Source of the DNA: Candidatus Limnocylindrales bacterium
GTDB taxonomy: Bacteria; Chloroflexota; Limnocylindria; Limnocylindrales; CSP1-4
Length of the DNA: 64,000 bases
Direction of reading: 5' to 3'
Assembly: GCA_050010635.1 (NCBI GenBank)
Contig: JBEKKR010000006.1
Coordinates: 35,321 to 99,320, forward strand
A program made the position numbers and the translations under genes. Position 1 is the first letter of the stretch; each line of letters begins with the position of its first letter. Below, one piece after another: positions 46,364 to 55,489 of this stretch. The notes below the pieces were generated by a model. That model worked only from the letters and a program-made list of their open reading frames with translations, had not been told where the DNA came from and ran no database searches.

Positions 46364-47671
46364 TCAACCGGCGGCCAGGCCCCTGGCTCCCTCGTCGCCG
46401 GCCGGTCCCTCGGCGTGGCCGAGCTCGTAGGCCGTCAGCTGCGGGAAGAGGCGGACGACCACGATCAGCCCGAGCAGGCACAGGACCCCGCCCGAGACGA
46501 CGGAGAACTGCGGTCCCGCCACCGCGGCTACCGCGGCCGCCTCGGCGTCGCCGAAACGCGGCCCACTCGTAACCACCAGCATGTAGATCGACGAAAGCCG
46601 GCCACGCAGCCGGTCGGGCGTGGTGAGCTGGACGATGGAGCTGCGCAGGACGGCGCTTACGACGTCGGCGCCGCCGGCCACGGCCAGGCAGATCAGGGCC
46701 AGCGGGAAGTATGCCGTCAGGAGTCCAAACGCCACGATCGCGGCACCCCAGCCGGCCACGGCGACCACGACTCCACGGCCGGGGCGGCGCACGCTTCCCA
46801 CCCAGCCGCTGAACGCCGCCCCGATGAGCGCGCCGACGGCCGGAGCCGCGTTGAGGAGACCGTATCCTGCCGCGCCGGTGTTGAAGACGGTCAGGGCGAG
46901 CTGCGGAAAGAGCGAGCTCGGCATGCCAAAGATCATGGCGTCGAAGTCGACAGCGAGAGTCGCCAGGACGATCCGTCGATCTCGGGCGAAGGCCAGGCCC
47001 TCGGCGACCGAACGTAGGCTCGGCCGCCGCGCGTTGGGATGGGGCGGGATCGGGGCGATGACCAGCAACGCGGCCAGGCTGGCGAGGAAAGTGAGGACGT
47101 CGAACGCGAAGGCGGCCGCGACGCCCGAGGTGGCGATCAGCACGCCGGCGAAGACGGGTCCGGCAACGGCAACGGTCTGACCACTGAGCCAGTTGACGGC
47201 GATCGCCGCGGGCAGGCGCTCGCGGGGCACGAGGCGCGGCAGGGCCGACGTTCTGGCGGGCCCGTCCACCGCGCCTACGCCGGCGGCCACGAACGCGACG
47301 GCGTACAGCGCCCAGATCGGGGAGCTCGGCTGCGTGGCCAGGACGGCCAGGGTCAGGCTCGTGGCGGCCAGGAAGAGTTGGGTGACGATGAGGAGCCGGC
47401 GTCGATCAACGGCGTCGGCCACGGCTCCGCCGCCAAGCGATAAGATGAGGATGGGCGCGAGCTGGACGAGGGCGAGCAACCCGATCGAGAGCGAGCTGTG
47501 GGTGAGCTGCCAGAGCTCGAATGGCAGGGCCACGACCGTGACCTGGCGGCCGAGGCCGTTCACGAGCTGGCCGAGCCAGAGCATCCTGAAGTCGCGGTCG
47601 CGCCGGACCGGCTCGAGGTCTACCAGGAGACCACGCAGGCCTCCGCGATTGGTTCGCCGGGAATCGGGCAT
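46364..47671 (-). CDS. MFS transporter (EntS/MFS_3-like)
   Basis: The sequence is consistent with a 12-TM MFS architecture. The N-terminus FRMLWLGQLVNGLGRQV is typical of this MFS subgroup. I trimmed the start to ATG 47671 (MPDSRRT). Confidence 0.75.
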   Translation of the reverse strand: MPDSRRTNRGGLRGLLVDLEPVRRDRDFRMLWLGQLVNGLGRQVTVVALPFELWQLTHSSLSIGLLALVQLAPILILSLGGGAVADAVDRRRLLIVTQLFLAATSLTLAVLATQPSSPIWALYAVAFVAAGVGAVDGPARTSALPRLVPRERLPAAIAVNWLSGQTVAVAGPVFAGVLIATSGVAAAFAFDVLTFLASLAALLVIAPIPPHPNARRPSLRSVAEGLAFARDRRIVLATLAVDFDAMIFGMPSSLFPQLALTVFNTGAAGYGLLNAAPAVGALIGAAFSGWVGSVRRPGRGVVVAVAGWGAAIVAFGLLTAYFPLALICLAVAGGADVVSAVLRSSIVQLTTPDRLRGRLSSIYMLVVTSGPRFGDAEAAAVAAVAGPQFSVVSGGVLCLLGLIVVVRLFPQLTAYELGHAEGPAGDEGARGLAAG

Positions 47672-47733
47672 GGCCGAAAGGATAGGCGAAGCCGGGTCGT
47701 GCGCCGCCGGGGCGCGCGGACGCCAGTCCGCGC

Positions 47734-48432
47734 CTAATCGGCCGGCTCGCGCAGCAGGACGAGCGACACGAGCCCGAACCAGACCAGGAGGCTCAGCAGC
47801 GAGGCCCACTCGAGATAGGCGATGCTCCAGAAGGGGTCCGGTCGATTCAGAATGCGGCCGGCCGCGTCAGTCCCGATGTAGGTCGAGTAGACGGCGATGA
47901 AGGCCCAGGAGATGGCGACCGTGGCGGCTCCGGGGATGAACAGCCAGCGCGGAAAGCCGGCTCTCCGAGTGGCAAGCAGCCAGGCGCTGAAGAGACCGGC
48001 AACGATCCAACCGGTCAGGAAGAAGACGACCGACACGAGCCGGTGCGTGCCCACGTAGTCCATCGGGAAAACTCCAACGAGCGTGCCGGAGACCCCGGCA
48101 ACCACGCCGGCCGCGACGAGGGCGGTTCGGAAGCGGCCGGTCAGCCGGTCGGTGAGCAAGAGCAGGAACGTCCCCAGCCCGACTCCTCCCAGCACGATAC
48201 CCAGGTTGAAGGCCCAGGCCAGCCGTGACGCGGCTATCTCACCAAGCTCGGAGACGAAATGGTTGAGCGGCGAGTAGGCCTCGTTTTCGTAGCCGCGGTA
48301 TGGGATAGCGGAGATCACCATTCCGCCAAGGATCACGCCGACAGAGGCCAGCCCGAGGAGCCCCAGCCGGCGCGAGGTCACCGCGACGGAGATCGTGCGT
48401 TCGGGAGTTCTGACCACGGGTGGCCTGTTCAC
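47734..48432 (-). CDS. DUF998-family integral membrane protein
   Basis: SPLNHFVSELGE motif and six hydrophobic helices. The start is uncertain: in-frame GTGs occur at 48432, 48417 and 48381. The track Met at 48642 adds a non-membrane Arg/Pro-rich leader that is unlikely to be real. Confidence 0.6.
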   Translation of the reverse strand: MNRPPVVRTPERTISVAVTSRRLGLLGLASVGVILGGMVISAIPYRGYENEAYSPLNHFVSELGEIAASRLAWAFNLGIVLGGVGLGTFLLLLTDRLTGRFRTALVAAGVVAGVSGTLVGVFPMDYVGTHRLVSVVFFLTGWIVAGLFSAWLLATRRAGFPRWLFIPGAATVAISWAFIAVYSTYIGTDAAGRILNRPDPFWSIAYLEWASLLSLLVWFGLVSLVLLREPAD

Positions 48433-48752
48433 ACGTACGGGCCGCGCTGGCCCAGCATCCGGTAGTAGTCGATTCGGGTCGGCGCCAGGGCGATGTCCAT
48501 GGTCTCGCTTCAGGCGTGTTGAGCCCAGGTCAGATCCTGGCTCAAACGATAGCAGAGCGCCATCGAGCGGCGCGCCCGAACAATCTCCGTATCGCGATGG
48601 ATGGGTGGCGCCGCCGCACCACGTGACACCGGGTCGATCCACGACAGGAGACGGATTGTCATTCGTCCCGCCCTGAGGCCATACTGACCGGACGCCATAC
48701 CGCTTCGGCCGTGTCCCCCGGGGACGGTCAAAAGCTAGACGGAGGAGTCATC

Positions 48753-49337
48753 GTGGCAGGTCCAACCAACGCCAACACCGCTCGCACCTCGAGCCCCACC
48801 CGTCCCGCGCCGGCCAGACGCGCGGCCCCCGCTCCGGCCAAACGCGCGGCACCCGCCGCGGCCCCCGCCGCGGCCCACAGCGGCGCCGCCCAGACCTCGG
48901 CCGCCGGCGTGCCCGCTCCGGAGGCCGTGGCCCCGGTCGCGGCTCCGGCAGTCGCGACTCCGGCGCCCGCCCCGCACGCGGCGCCCGCGCCCGCTGCCCA
49001 TGCTCAGGCCGCCCCGGCGCCGGCACCCCGCGAGAGCCAGCCGCTCCTGTACGGCTTGATCGTCGTCGTGGCCGGCTTCGTCGCGATCCTGATCGGGCTG
49101 ACCCTTGTGCTGCTCAACAAGACCGGCAACGATGCCACCGCCGTCCTCGGGTTGATCACGACCTCGATCACCGGGCTCGGCGGCGCCGCCATCGGCTTTG
49201 CCGTCGGCCAGCAGGGGACCTCGTCCGCGAACAAGGAGCGGGCTGCCGCGGAGGCGGCCAAGGACGCGGCCCAGATGCGAACCATCAAGTTCGCCGCATA
49301 CATGGATGCGGCCGTCGGTCGGCGCCTGGTGGAATAG
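48753..49337 (+). CDS. hypothetical Ala/Pro-rich membrane protein
   Basis: A GGAGGAG Shine-Dalgarno lies 5 nt before GTG 48753. About 100 aa are A/P-rich and low-complexity. Two hydrophobic helices follow (LLYGLIVVVAGFVAILIGLTLVLL and AVLGLITTSITGLGGAAIGFAV). No family recognised. Confidence 0.45.
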   Translation: MAGPTNANTARTSSPTRPAPARRAAPAPAKRAAPAAAPAAAHSGAAQTSAAGVPAPEAVAPVAAPAVATPAPAPHAAPAPAAHAQAAPAPAPRESQPLLYGLIVVVAGFVAILIGLTLVLLNKTGNDATAVLGLITTSITGLGGAAIGFAVGQQGTSSANKERAAAEAAKDAAQMRTIKFAAYMDAAVGRRLVE

Positions 49338-49377
49338 GCGTCACACGCGGCGGCCTCGGGCCGCCCGGGCTGAGAAT

Positions 49378-49747
49378 TGGTGGAGATGGGGGAGAGTCGA
49401 ACTCCCCGTCCAGAAACCTTCTCCGGAGACCACTACGAGCGTGTCCGGTGATTTGTCGTCGATCGCCCGGACGACCATCGGCAGCCTTCCGAGCGCTCCA
49501 GTCACGTCCCCTTGCGGGCTTTGATTCCGGCTACGCGACGCTACCCGAAACCGCACCTCCGCTGAATGACGCTTCCACAGCCCACGGAGGCGAGGCTGCT
49601 TCCACGCTCACCTTACTGCCTAAGCAGCGAGGGCGAGAGCAGACTGGTTGTTGCCAGTTACTTCGTTTGCCGCCTGTTTAACGAGGCCTGACGGCACCTC
49701 GGCTCGCGTTCTCCGGTCGCCGGCCCCTGTCGAAACCACGCATCCCC
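49378..49747 (-). ncRNA. ssrA: tmRNA (SsrA), ~370 nt
   Basis: The minus strand begins GGGGATGCGTGGTTTCGACAGGGG and ends GGACGGGGAGTTCGACTCTCCCCCATCTCCACCA, giving the T-arm, an acceptor stem with the G3:U wobble, and CCA. An internal tag frame GCA AAC GAA ... GCT GCT TAG encodes ANEVTGNNQSALALAA. The tag stop maps to 49620-49622. Confidence 0.9.
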
Positions 49748-49809
49748 ACAGAGCCACGGACCGAGCGCGGTCCCGGGGTCGATATCGGCCGAGCGACCAG
49801 CGCCCGCGG

Positions 49810-49837
49810 ATTGTACCGCGCGCGCGGAAAGAGGCAA
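49810..49837 (-). promoter_or_regulatory. sigma70-type promoter candidate for ssrA
   Basis: On the minus strand: TTGCCT (49832-49837), a 16-nt spacer, then TACAAT (49810-49815). It lies about 60 nt upstream of the mature tmRNA 5' end and downstream of the vanW2 stop. Confidence 0.45.
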
Positions 49838-49878
49838 CCCGGCCGGGGTATGGGTCCGGGGGCGTCCAGCTCGAAAGG

Positions 49879-52134
49879 CTAGGAGCCTGTAGGCGTTGGG
49901 GTCGGGACGGGCGTCGGGGGCGCGGGCGGAGAGCCGCCGATGAGCAGCTGGCCGTTGACCACCGCGTAGGTCGAGCTCCACTTGTCGTCGTGGATGACCG
50001 TTCCCGACGAGTCTTTCACCACTCGCTCGACGGAGGTGCTGAAACCGTCGGTCGCGTACTCGGCCCGAGCTACCTGGCCTTTAGGCAGAGTGTTGGTGTA
50101 CTTCGGCGGATTCTCGCCGGCCTTGACCTTGTTGGTTACCGCGCCGCCCGTCCAGGTCACGGTGCGATTGGTCGGCCAGCTCCATATCTGGATCGTGATC
50201 GTGCTCTTCGAGCCGGGGGTAGTCCAGGCGTGAATGACGATGGGGTAGGGCGTGTCGTTCGTCCACTTCAGGTCCCAGGTCGTCTCGCCGTTGGAGTAGA
50301 CGGTCGCGTCTCGACCGACCGGGTAGCGGGTGATGTAGTAGAAGTGGGGGTGCCGTTCGTCGATCTGGAGGCCCGAGTTGGCGGCGGCGTTGAACATGGT
50401 CGTGGAAGCGGAGCAGATGCCGCCGCCCATGGCGCCGGTGTGGTCGCTCTGGCCGTGAAGGATGACGCCACCCATGGCGTAGCCGTGCGCCGCATCGATC
50501 GGGCCCACGGCGTCAAGGAAGCTGAAGTGCTGCCCCGGGCCGATGACCATGCCGTCGAGGTTCGTGGCCGGCTGGCGAATGTTCTTGCCCATGCCGTTGC
50601 TGATGTCCGGGAAGAACACTGTCGTGTGGCTGCCGATCATGACCATGCTCGACACGGCGTCGAGGCTCACGAGCTGCGGGTGGATCGGGGTGGTGACGAC
50701 CTCGACGTCCGGCCCGGTTAGTACGCCCCCCGCGAGCGCGTCGAGGTGGGTCTCTATGGCCGCTGTAGTCGCGCCGACGTCTACGACCGCACCATCCTGG
50801 GGCGCGACGAGGTCGACCATCTTGCCGGACGAGTCGAACTTGACGCGGGGTTCGACGGCGGCAACCCCGGCGCCCGACGTGACGCTGGCGACATAGGCCT
50901 GGAGCCGGGCCGGATCGACGTCGGGAGCGTAGGTGCCGTCAGGCTTCACGCCGAAGACGATCCAGTCGCGTATCTGCTTGGCGCTGATGGTCCATTTGGA
51001 GGCCTTCCACGACGCGGGGGCGTTGGCCGGCGGAACCTTCCATGTCAGGCCGACGTCGACGGCCATCAAGTTGGCCTCATCGATCGCCTTCTGGGCGGCC
51101 TTGTCCGTGATCTGCGGCGTCACGGTGACGAAGGCTCCGCCGGCCTGGAGATCGGCCGGAGCGCCGGTCTCGGCAAGCTGGTCGAGAATCGCCGAGCCGA
51201 TCGAATTCTCGTCGAGCTCGTTGCCGGTCGTCGCCGGCATCACGCCGAAGGCGCCCGCCGTGGCGGTGGCCTGTGCGTTCTGCGGTTCGATCGTGCTCGT
51301 GCCGACGAGCTGGCGGATGCGCTGGGCGAGAGCCGTGGGATCCAGGCGAACGACGAGCGGGATCGCCTGCCCGTACACGGCGGAATGAACCATGGCGGCG
51401 GCATCGGGAATCAGCCAGCCGGAGTGACCGATGGACATCGCCGCGTCGGCCATGACCTGGGCGTCGGGCCCGCGGCCGACCTGCTGGTAAGTGATCGTGG
51501 CCGCTCCGACGGGGGTCGTGATCGTCACCTCGCCCTTGCCGAGGTACGAGTACTCCGACTGCAGCCTGGCTACCGCCTGGTCGCGAGTCAGACCGGATAG
51601 ATCGACCGGGCCGACGTGCACGCCGGGCAGCACGCGGTTGGCGTAGCTGGCCGAGAAGCCCAGGACCACTGCCGAGACCAGGAAGAGGCCGAGCAGTGCG
51701 CTCACGATGAATGCGACGGCAAATCCGAGGAAACGCCTGATGCGGGAGGGCCTTGCCGGGGCCGTTCGTGGCGACCGGCGAAACCACGAGCGGCGCACCC
51801 GCTGATCGGCCGGCGCGGCGTCGCCGAGAGGCACCAATGGAAGTGTGCCCCCAAGCTCGGCTATGGCCTGGCTGACGGCCGCTTCGGTGGCTTCGGGTGG
51901 CTCCGGCGCAGGGCTCGCCATCGCGGCGGGCTCCGCGGCGGGCTCCTCCGCGGCATCTGCGTAGAGCGCGGCCGCGACGGGCTCCGCGGCGGGCTCCGCG
52001 GCGGCATCTGCGTAGAGCGCGGCCGCGGCCTCGGCGAGGGGCATCTGCGGGGGCGTAGCCTCACCGGCCGCCTGGTTCTGGCCCTCGGTTTGGGGCGCTT
52101 CGAGCGGGTCCGCGGTCAATTGTTGTCCTCTCAC
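49879..52134 (-). CDS. VanW-family protein with N-terminal membrane anchor (paralogue 2)
   Basis: Same architecture as 44148-46268, with long identical stretches: SYANRVLPGVH, VDLSGLTRD, LTWKVPPA, and GGVILHG.SDHTGAMGGGICSASTTMF. The GTG 52134 start is uncertain. Confidence 0.85.
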   Translation of the reverse strand: MRGQQLTADPLEAPQTEGQNQAAGEATPPQMPLAEAAAALYADAAAEPAAEPVAAALYADAAEEPAAEPAAMASPAPEPPEATEAAVSQAIAELGGTLPLVPLGDAAPADQRVRRSWFRRSPRTAPARPSRIRRFLGFAVAFIVSALLGLFLVSAVVLGFSASYANRVLPGVHVGPVDLSGLTRDQAVARLQSEYSYLGKGEVTITTPVGAATITYQQVGRGPDAQVMADAAMSIGHSGWLIPDAAAMVHSAVYGQAIPLVVRLDPTALAQRIRQLVGTSTIEPQNAQATATAGAFGVMPATTGNELDENSIGSAILDQLAETGAPADLQAGGAFVTVTPQITDKAAQKAIDEANLMAVDVGLTWKVPPANAPASWKASKWTISAKQIRDWIVFGVKPDGTYAPDVDPARLQAYVASVTSGAGVAAVEPRVKFDSSGKMVDLVAPQDGAVVDVGATTAAIETHLDALAGGVLTGPDVEVVTTPIHPQLVSLDAVSSMVMIGSHTTVFFPDISNGMGKNIRQPATNLDGMVIGPGQHFSFLDAVGPIDAAHGYAMGGVILHGQSDHTGAMGGGICSASTTMFNAAANSGLQIDERHPHFYYITRYPVGRDATVYSNGETTWDLKWTNDTPYPIVIHAWTTPGSKSTITIQIWSWPTNRTVTWTGGAVTNKVKAGENPPKYTNTLPKGQVARAEYATDGFSTSVERVVKDSSGTVIHDDKWSSTYAVVNGQLLIGGSPPAPPTPVPTPTPTGS
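51925..52026 (-). repeat. in-frame 51-nt tandem duplication in the vanW2 N-terminal region
   Basis: Encodes AAALYADAAAEPAAEPV followed by AAALYADAAEEPAAEPA (aa 37-70). Confidence 0.75.
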
Positions 52135-52325
52135 GCAGTTAAAGGATCACCGTCATGGTAACGGATCGAGCCGACATGCCGGATTGGGCGACTTGCCGAT
52201 ATGGACGCGCGAGTGGCCCGATTCGTTCCGCGCCCGCAGGAATGGACGTCGTGTTGCGGCTGGTGACGCCGGCGAAGGCCCGTGGAACACGCCGAACCCG
52301 CGGACTTCAGCCCGGGCGGGACCGC

Positions 52326-52805
52326 CTAGCGGCCCCCATCGCGGCCCCGTTCCGCGTCGGCGATGGCCCTCTCCACTTCGCGGCGCGAGTCGCGATCGGC
52401 GATGTCCCGGCGACGATCGTGGAGCTGTTTGCCGCGGGCGAGGCCGATCTCCAGCTTTGCCCGCCCGCGCTCTGTGATGTACATCTTGAGGGGGACGAGG
52501 GTGAGCCCCTTGGCCTTGGTCTTGAGCAGGAGCCCGACGATCTGGTCGCGGTGGAGCAGCAGCTTGCGCGGGCGCTTCGGCTCGTGGTTGTAGCGGTTGC
52601 CGCCCTCCCATGGCTGGATGTTCGCGCCGATCAGCCAGGCCTCGCCGTTGTCGATGCGCGCGTAGGACTCGGACAGGCTGGCCTTGCCCGCTCGGATGGA
52701 CTTGATCTCCGTCCCGGTCAGGACGATGCCGGCCTCGAACGAGTCCTCGATCGTGAACTCGTGGCGGGCTCTTCGGTTCTGGGCAACGGTCTTCTCTTCG
52801 CCCAC
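52326..52805 (-). CDS. smpB: SsrA-binding protein SmpB
   Basis: NRRARHEFTIEDSFEAGIVLTGTEIKSIR...EPKRPRKLLLHRDQI...LVPLKMY matches SmpB. GTG 52805 follows AAGGAG by 5 nt. The track start at 52904 adds 33 unlikely residues. Confidence 0.9.
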   Translation of the reverse strand: MGEEKTVAQNRRARHEFTIEDSFEAGIVLTGTEIKSIRAGKASLSESYARIDNGEAWLIGANIQPWEGGNRYNHEPKRPRKLLLHRDQIVGLLLKTKAKGLTLVPLKMYITERGRAKLEIGLARGKQLHDRRRDIADRDSRREVERAIADAERGRDGGR

Positions 52806-52902
52806 GCTGGCTCCTTGGTTTGGGCTGGCTGCGACGAGGTTAGCTGACCTGGGGCTCGATGGGTAACGGCCGGCTCCCGCTCGTCGCGAATGCCCCAGAC
52901 GC

Positions 52903-52934
52903 ACGAATGCCGGCCCAGAAGGACCGGCATTCGT
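52903..52934. terminator. 11-bp stem-loop between ctp and smpB (terminator/attenuator candidate)
   Basis: ACGAATGCCGG-N10-CCGGCATTCGT. There is no clear U-tract on the minus strand. Confidence 0.35.
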
Positions 52935-53154
52935 TCTGCGTTATGTCACCACCCGCCGGTGTTCTGATCCCTAGAGGTCAGATCCTAGCGAGGTGGTGCA
53001 GCGCATCGGCAAATCCGACACTGCACATCACCTCCTTTCGTTCTCCGGCATGGTATCGGAAGTCGGCCCGATGGCGCAAACGACCCGTCCGGGGAGTTCG
53101 CTATACGGACCCTTGGTGAGGACGGGGCTGCGAGGCCGTCCGCTCAGCTCGGGC

Positions 53155-54561
53155 TCAGCTCGGGCTCGCGCTCGGGCTCGCGCTGGAACCGGCGGAGGGG
53201 CCGGCAGATGGGCCCGCGCTCGGGCTCGCCGCCGGGCCGGGCGAGGTGCTGGGCTCGGGCGGGAAGCCCAACTGAGCCAGGCCGGCGTCGAGGACCGGGT
53301 CGGTCCCGGCGCGGGCGTTCGCTGAGTCGATCGGCACGTCCGGCAGGAGACCCTTGCCCTGGATCCAAACCTTGTCGGGGGTGAGCCATCTGGCCACGGT
53401 GAGGTGGATGCCGCCGAAGTTGTTGGACAGCGGCAGCCATTCCTGGACGACCCCCTTGCCGTATGTCTTGGCCCCGATCAGCTTGGCCCGGCCATGCGAC
53501 TGGAGCGCTCCCGCGATGATCTCGGCCGCGGAGGCCGTGTTGCCGTCGACGAGCACGACGACCTTGACCGATCCGTCGGTCGCCCGGCCGCCGGAGGTGG
53601 CCGGGACCTCGCTGATCTTGCCGGAGGCATCCTCCTGATAGGCGATCGTGCCCGACGGAAGGAATTCGCTGGCTATCTTCACGGCGTCGCCGACGTAACC
53701 TCCCAGGTTGCCGCGGAGGTCGATGATCACGTTGTGTTGACCCGCGGCGAGGGCCGCGGCCAGGGCCTGATCGAACTGGGAGCTGGCCGGCCCGTTCACT
53801 CCATCCACGTGGATGTAGGCGACCTGGCCGTTGGCGAGGGTCTTCGTGTCGACCTGGGGCTGGCTGAAGACCTTACGCACGATCGTGACCTGGATCGTCG
53901 TCGCTCCGCGGAGGATGCCGATCGTCACCGACGTGTCCTTGGGGCCCTTGATCAGGGCCGTGGCCTGGTCGATCGTCTTGCCGTCCAGCGACGTGCCGTT
54001 GACCGAGGCGATCACGTCACCCGCCTTGATTCCGGCCGTCTCGGCGGGCGAGCCGGGGATCGGCTTGACCACTGCCAGTTCGCAGCCGCTGCCGATGTTC
54101 GTGCAGCTGGCGGTGGAGCTGGGGTCGACCGGCTGGAGCTGGACCTGGACGCCGATCCCTTCGGCCTGACCGCCCACGCTCAGGAGCGAGTTCTGGAAGT
54201 CGGTCGGACCCTGGTAGTAGGACCACTGGTCGTTGAGGCTCTCAAGCATGCCCTTGATGGCGCCCTGAACGAGCTGGTCCTGAGAAGGCCTGGGCGAACC
54301 GGCGTAGTCGTTCTGGATCAGCGAGTAGACGTCCCAGAAGGGGCCGAAACGAGTTTCCTCGTCGGTCGGGGTTCCAGGCGTCGTGGCAACGTGGGCTCCC
54401 AGTGAGTAGCCGCCCACGAACAGGGCGCTGCCGGCCAGGATGGCCACGAGAACCAGGCTCAGGCGGTGCGGTGCGACGAAGCGCCCGCGACGGGGCGCCG
54501 AGTCCGCCGGGGCGGCGGACTCGAGTTCGTCCGGGCCGTCTGTGTTTGGCGTGGAGGACAT
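53155..54561 (-). CDS. S41-family carboxy-terminal processing peptidase (Ctp/Prc-like) with PDZ domain
   Basis: TM anchor, PDZ domain (GIKAGDVIASVNGTSLDG), and catalytic-region motifs VIIDLRGNLGGYV and LVDGNTASAAEIIAGALQ...GAKTYGKG. The C-terminal tail has SPSAGPSAGPSAG repeats. Confidence 0.85.
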   Translation of the reverse strand: MSSTPNTDGPDELESAAPADSAPRRGRFVAPHRLSLVLVAILAGSALFVGGYSLGAHVATTPGTPTDEETRFGPFWDVYSLIQNDYAGSPRPSQDQLVQGAIKGMLESLNDQWSYYQGPTDFQNSLLSVGGQAEGIGVQVQLQPVDPSSTASCTNIGSGCELAVVKPIPGSPAETAGIKAGDVIASVNGTSLDGKTIDQATALIKGPKDTSVTIGILRGATTIQVTIVRKVFSQPQVDTKTLANGQVAYIHVDGVNGPASSQFDQALAAALAAGQHNVIIDLRGNLGGYVGDAVKIASEFLPSGTIAYQEDASGKISEVPATSGGRATDGSVKVVVLVDGNTASAAEIIAGALQSHGRAKLIGAKTYGKGVVQEWLPLSNNFGGIHLTVARWLTPDKVWIQGKGLLPDVPIDSANARAGTDPVLDAGLAQLGFPPEPSTSPGPAASPSAGPSAGPSAGSSASPSASPS

Positions 54562-54607
54562 CGATCGAACCTCAGAAAAGTGGGGACGACGCCGATCGGG
54601 AGGTCGA

Positions 54608-55489
54608 TCAGCGGATCAGGTAGCTCCGAACGGAGAGATACGAGCCGAGGACGCCGACGCCGACCCCGGTTCCCAGCACGATCAAGGCGATGTTCTGGCC
54701 GACGGTCGCGCTGGCTTCGACCGGCAGAACCTTGAAGTAGTCGGAGAGGAAGCCGGTTATAGGGCCCTGCCCCAGGAAGAGCAGGAGGATCGTTATGAGG
54801 GCCCCGAGGAGGCCCACGAGGGCGCCCTCGAATATGAACGGCCAGCGGATGAAGGCATCCGAGGCGCCGACCAGGCGCATGATCTCGATCTCATCGGCCC
54901 GGGCGACGACCGCCAGCCGTATCGTGTTGACGATGATGAACAGGACGATCAGGCCGACGACGACGAGGATCACCGTACCGCCGGCGCGAAGGATGCCGAT
55001 GACCGTAACCATCTGGTCGACCGTCTGCTTGATGTTCAGGACGCGATCCACGGTGGGCTGGCTCTTGAGGTAGGTCGCGACGTCGAGGTAGTCATTCGGG
55101 TCGCGAAGATTGATCTGGAGCGAGGCCGGCAACGGGTTGGTCGGAAGGGAGTTGATCACCTCCGCTTCGTCGGGGTGGCGGGCCAGGAAATCCTTCATGG
55201 CCTGGTCCTTCGAGACGAAGTTCACCTGAGTCACCTGGGCCATTCCCTGAAGGGAGATCTCGAGGCCCGAGATTTCCTGCTGGCCGGCCGAATCCTTGAG
55301 GTAGGCGACGACCTGGACTTCCTGCTGGACGAAGTTGAGCGTGGCGTTCAGGCCGGTCAGGAGGATGATCAGGCCGGACAGCAGCACCAGCATCAGGACC
55401 ATGGTCAACGTCGCGGCCAGGCTCATCAGGCCGTTCCGCCAGAAGCCGAGCCAGGCGCGCCGCAGGCTGAAGGCGACAAAGGCGACCAT
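54608..55489 (-). CDS. ftsX: cell-division ABC transporter permease-like protein FtsX
   Basis: 293 aa with the FtsX topology: an N-terminal TM, an extracellular loop domain and three C-terminal TMs. It lies directly after ftsE (TGAATG junction). Confidence 0.85.
   Translation of the reverse strand: MVAFVAFSLRRAWLGFWRNGLMSLAATLTMVLMLVLLSGLIILLTGLNATLNFVQQEVQVVAYLKDSAGQQEISGLEISLQGMAQVTQVNFVSKDQAMKDFLARHPDEAEVINSLPTNPLPASLQINLRDPNDYLDVATYLKSQPTVDRVLNIKQTVDQMVTVIGILRAGGTVILVVVGLIVLFIIVNTIRLAVVARADEIEIMRLVGASDAFIRWPFIFEGALVGLLGALITILLLFLGQGPITGFLSDYFKVLPVEASATVGQNIALIVLGTGVGVGVLGSYLSVRSYLIR

Noticed and set aside
46269-49377. Genomic island integrated at the 3' end of ssrA
   Set aside because: tmRNA genes are common integration sites, so I looked for an integrase and for a direct repeat of the tmRNA 3' end (GGGGAGTTCGACTCTCCCCCATCTCCACCA) in the adjacent segment. 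I saw neither, and the GC content looks native.
52155-52847. 230-aa plus-strand ORF, and 52153-52611 on the minus strand, around smpB
   Set aside because: These are antisense or alternative frames of a canonical smpB, with no motifs.
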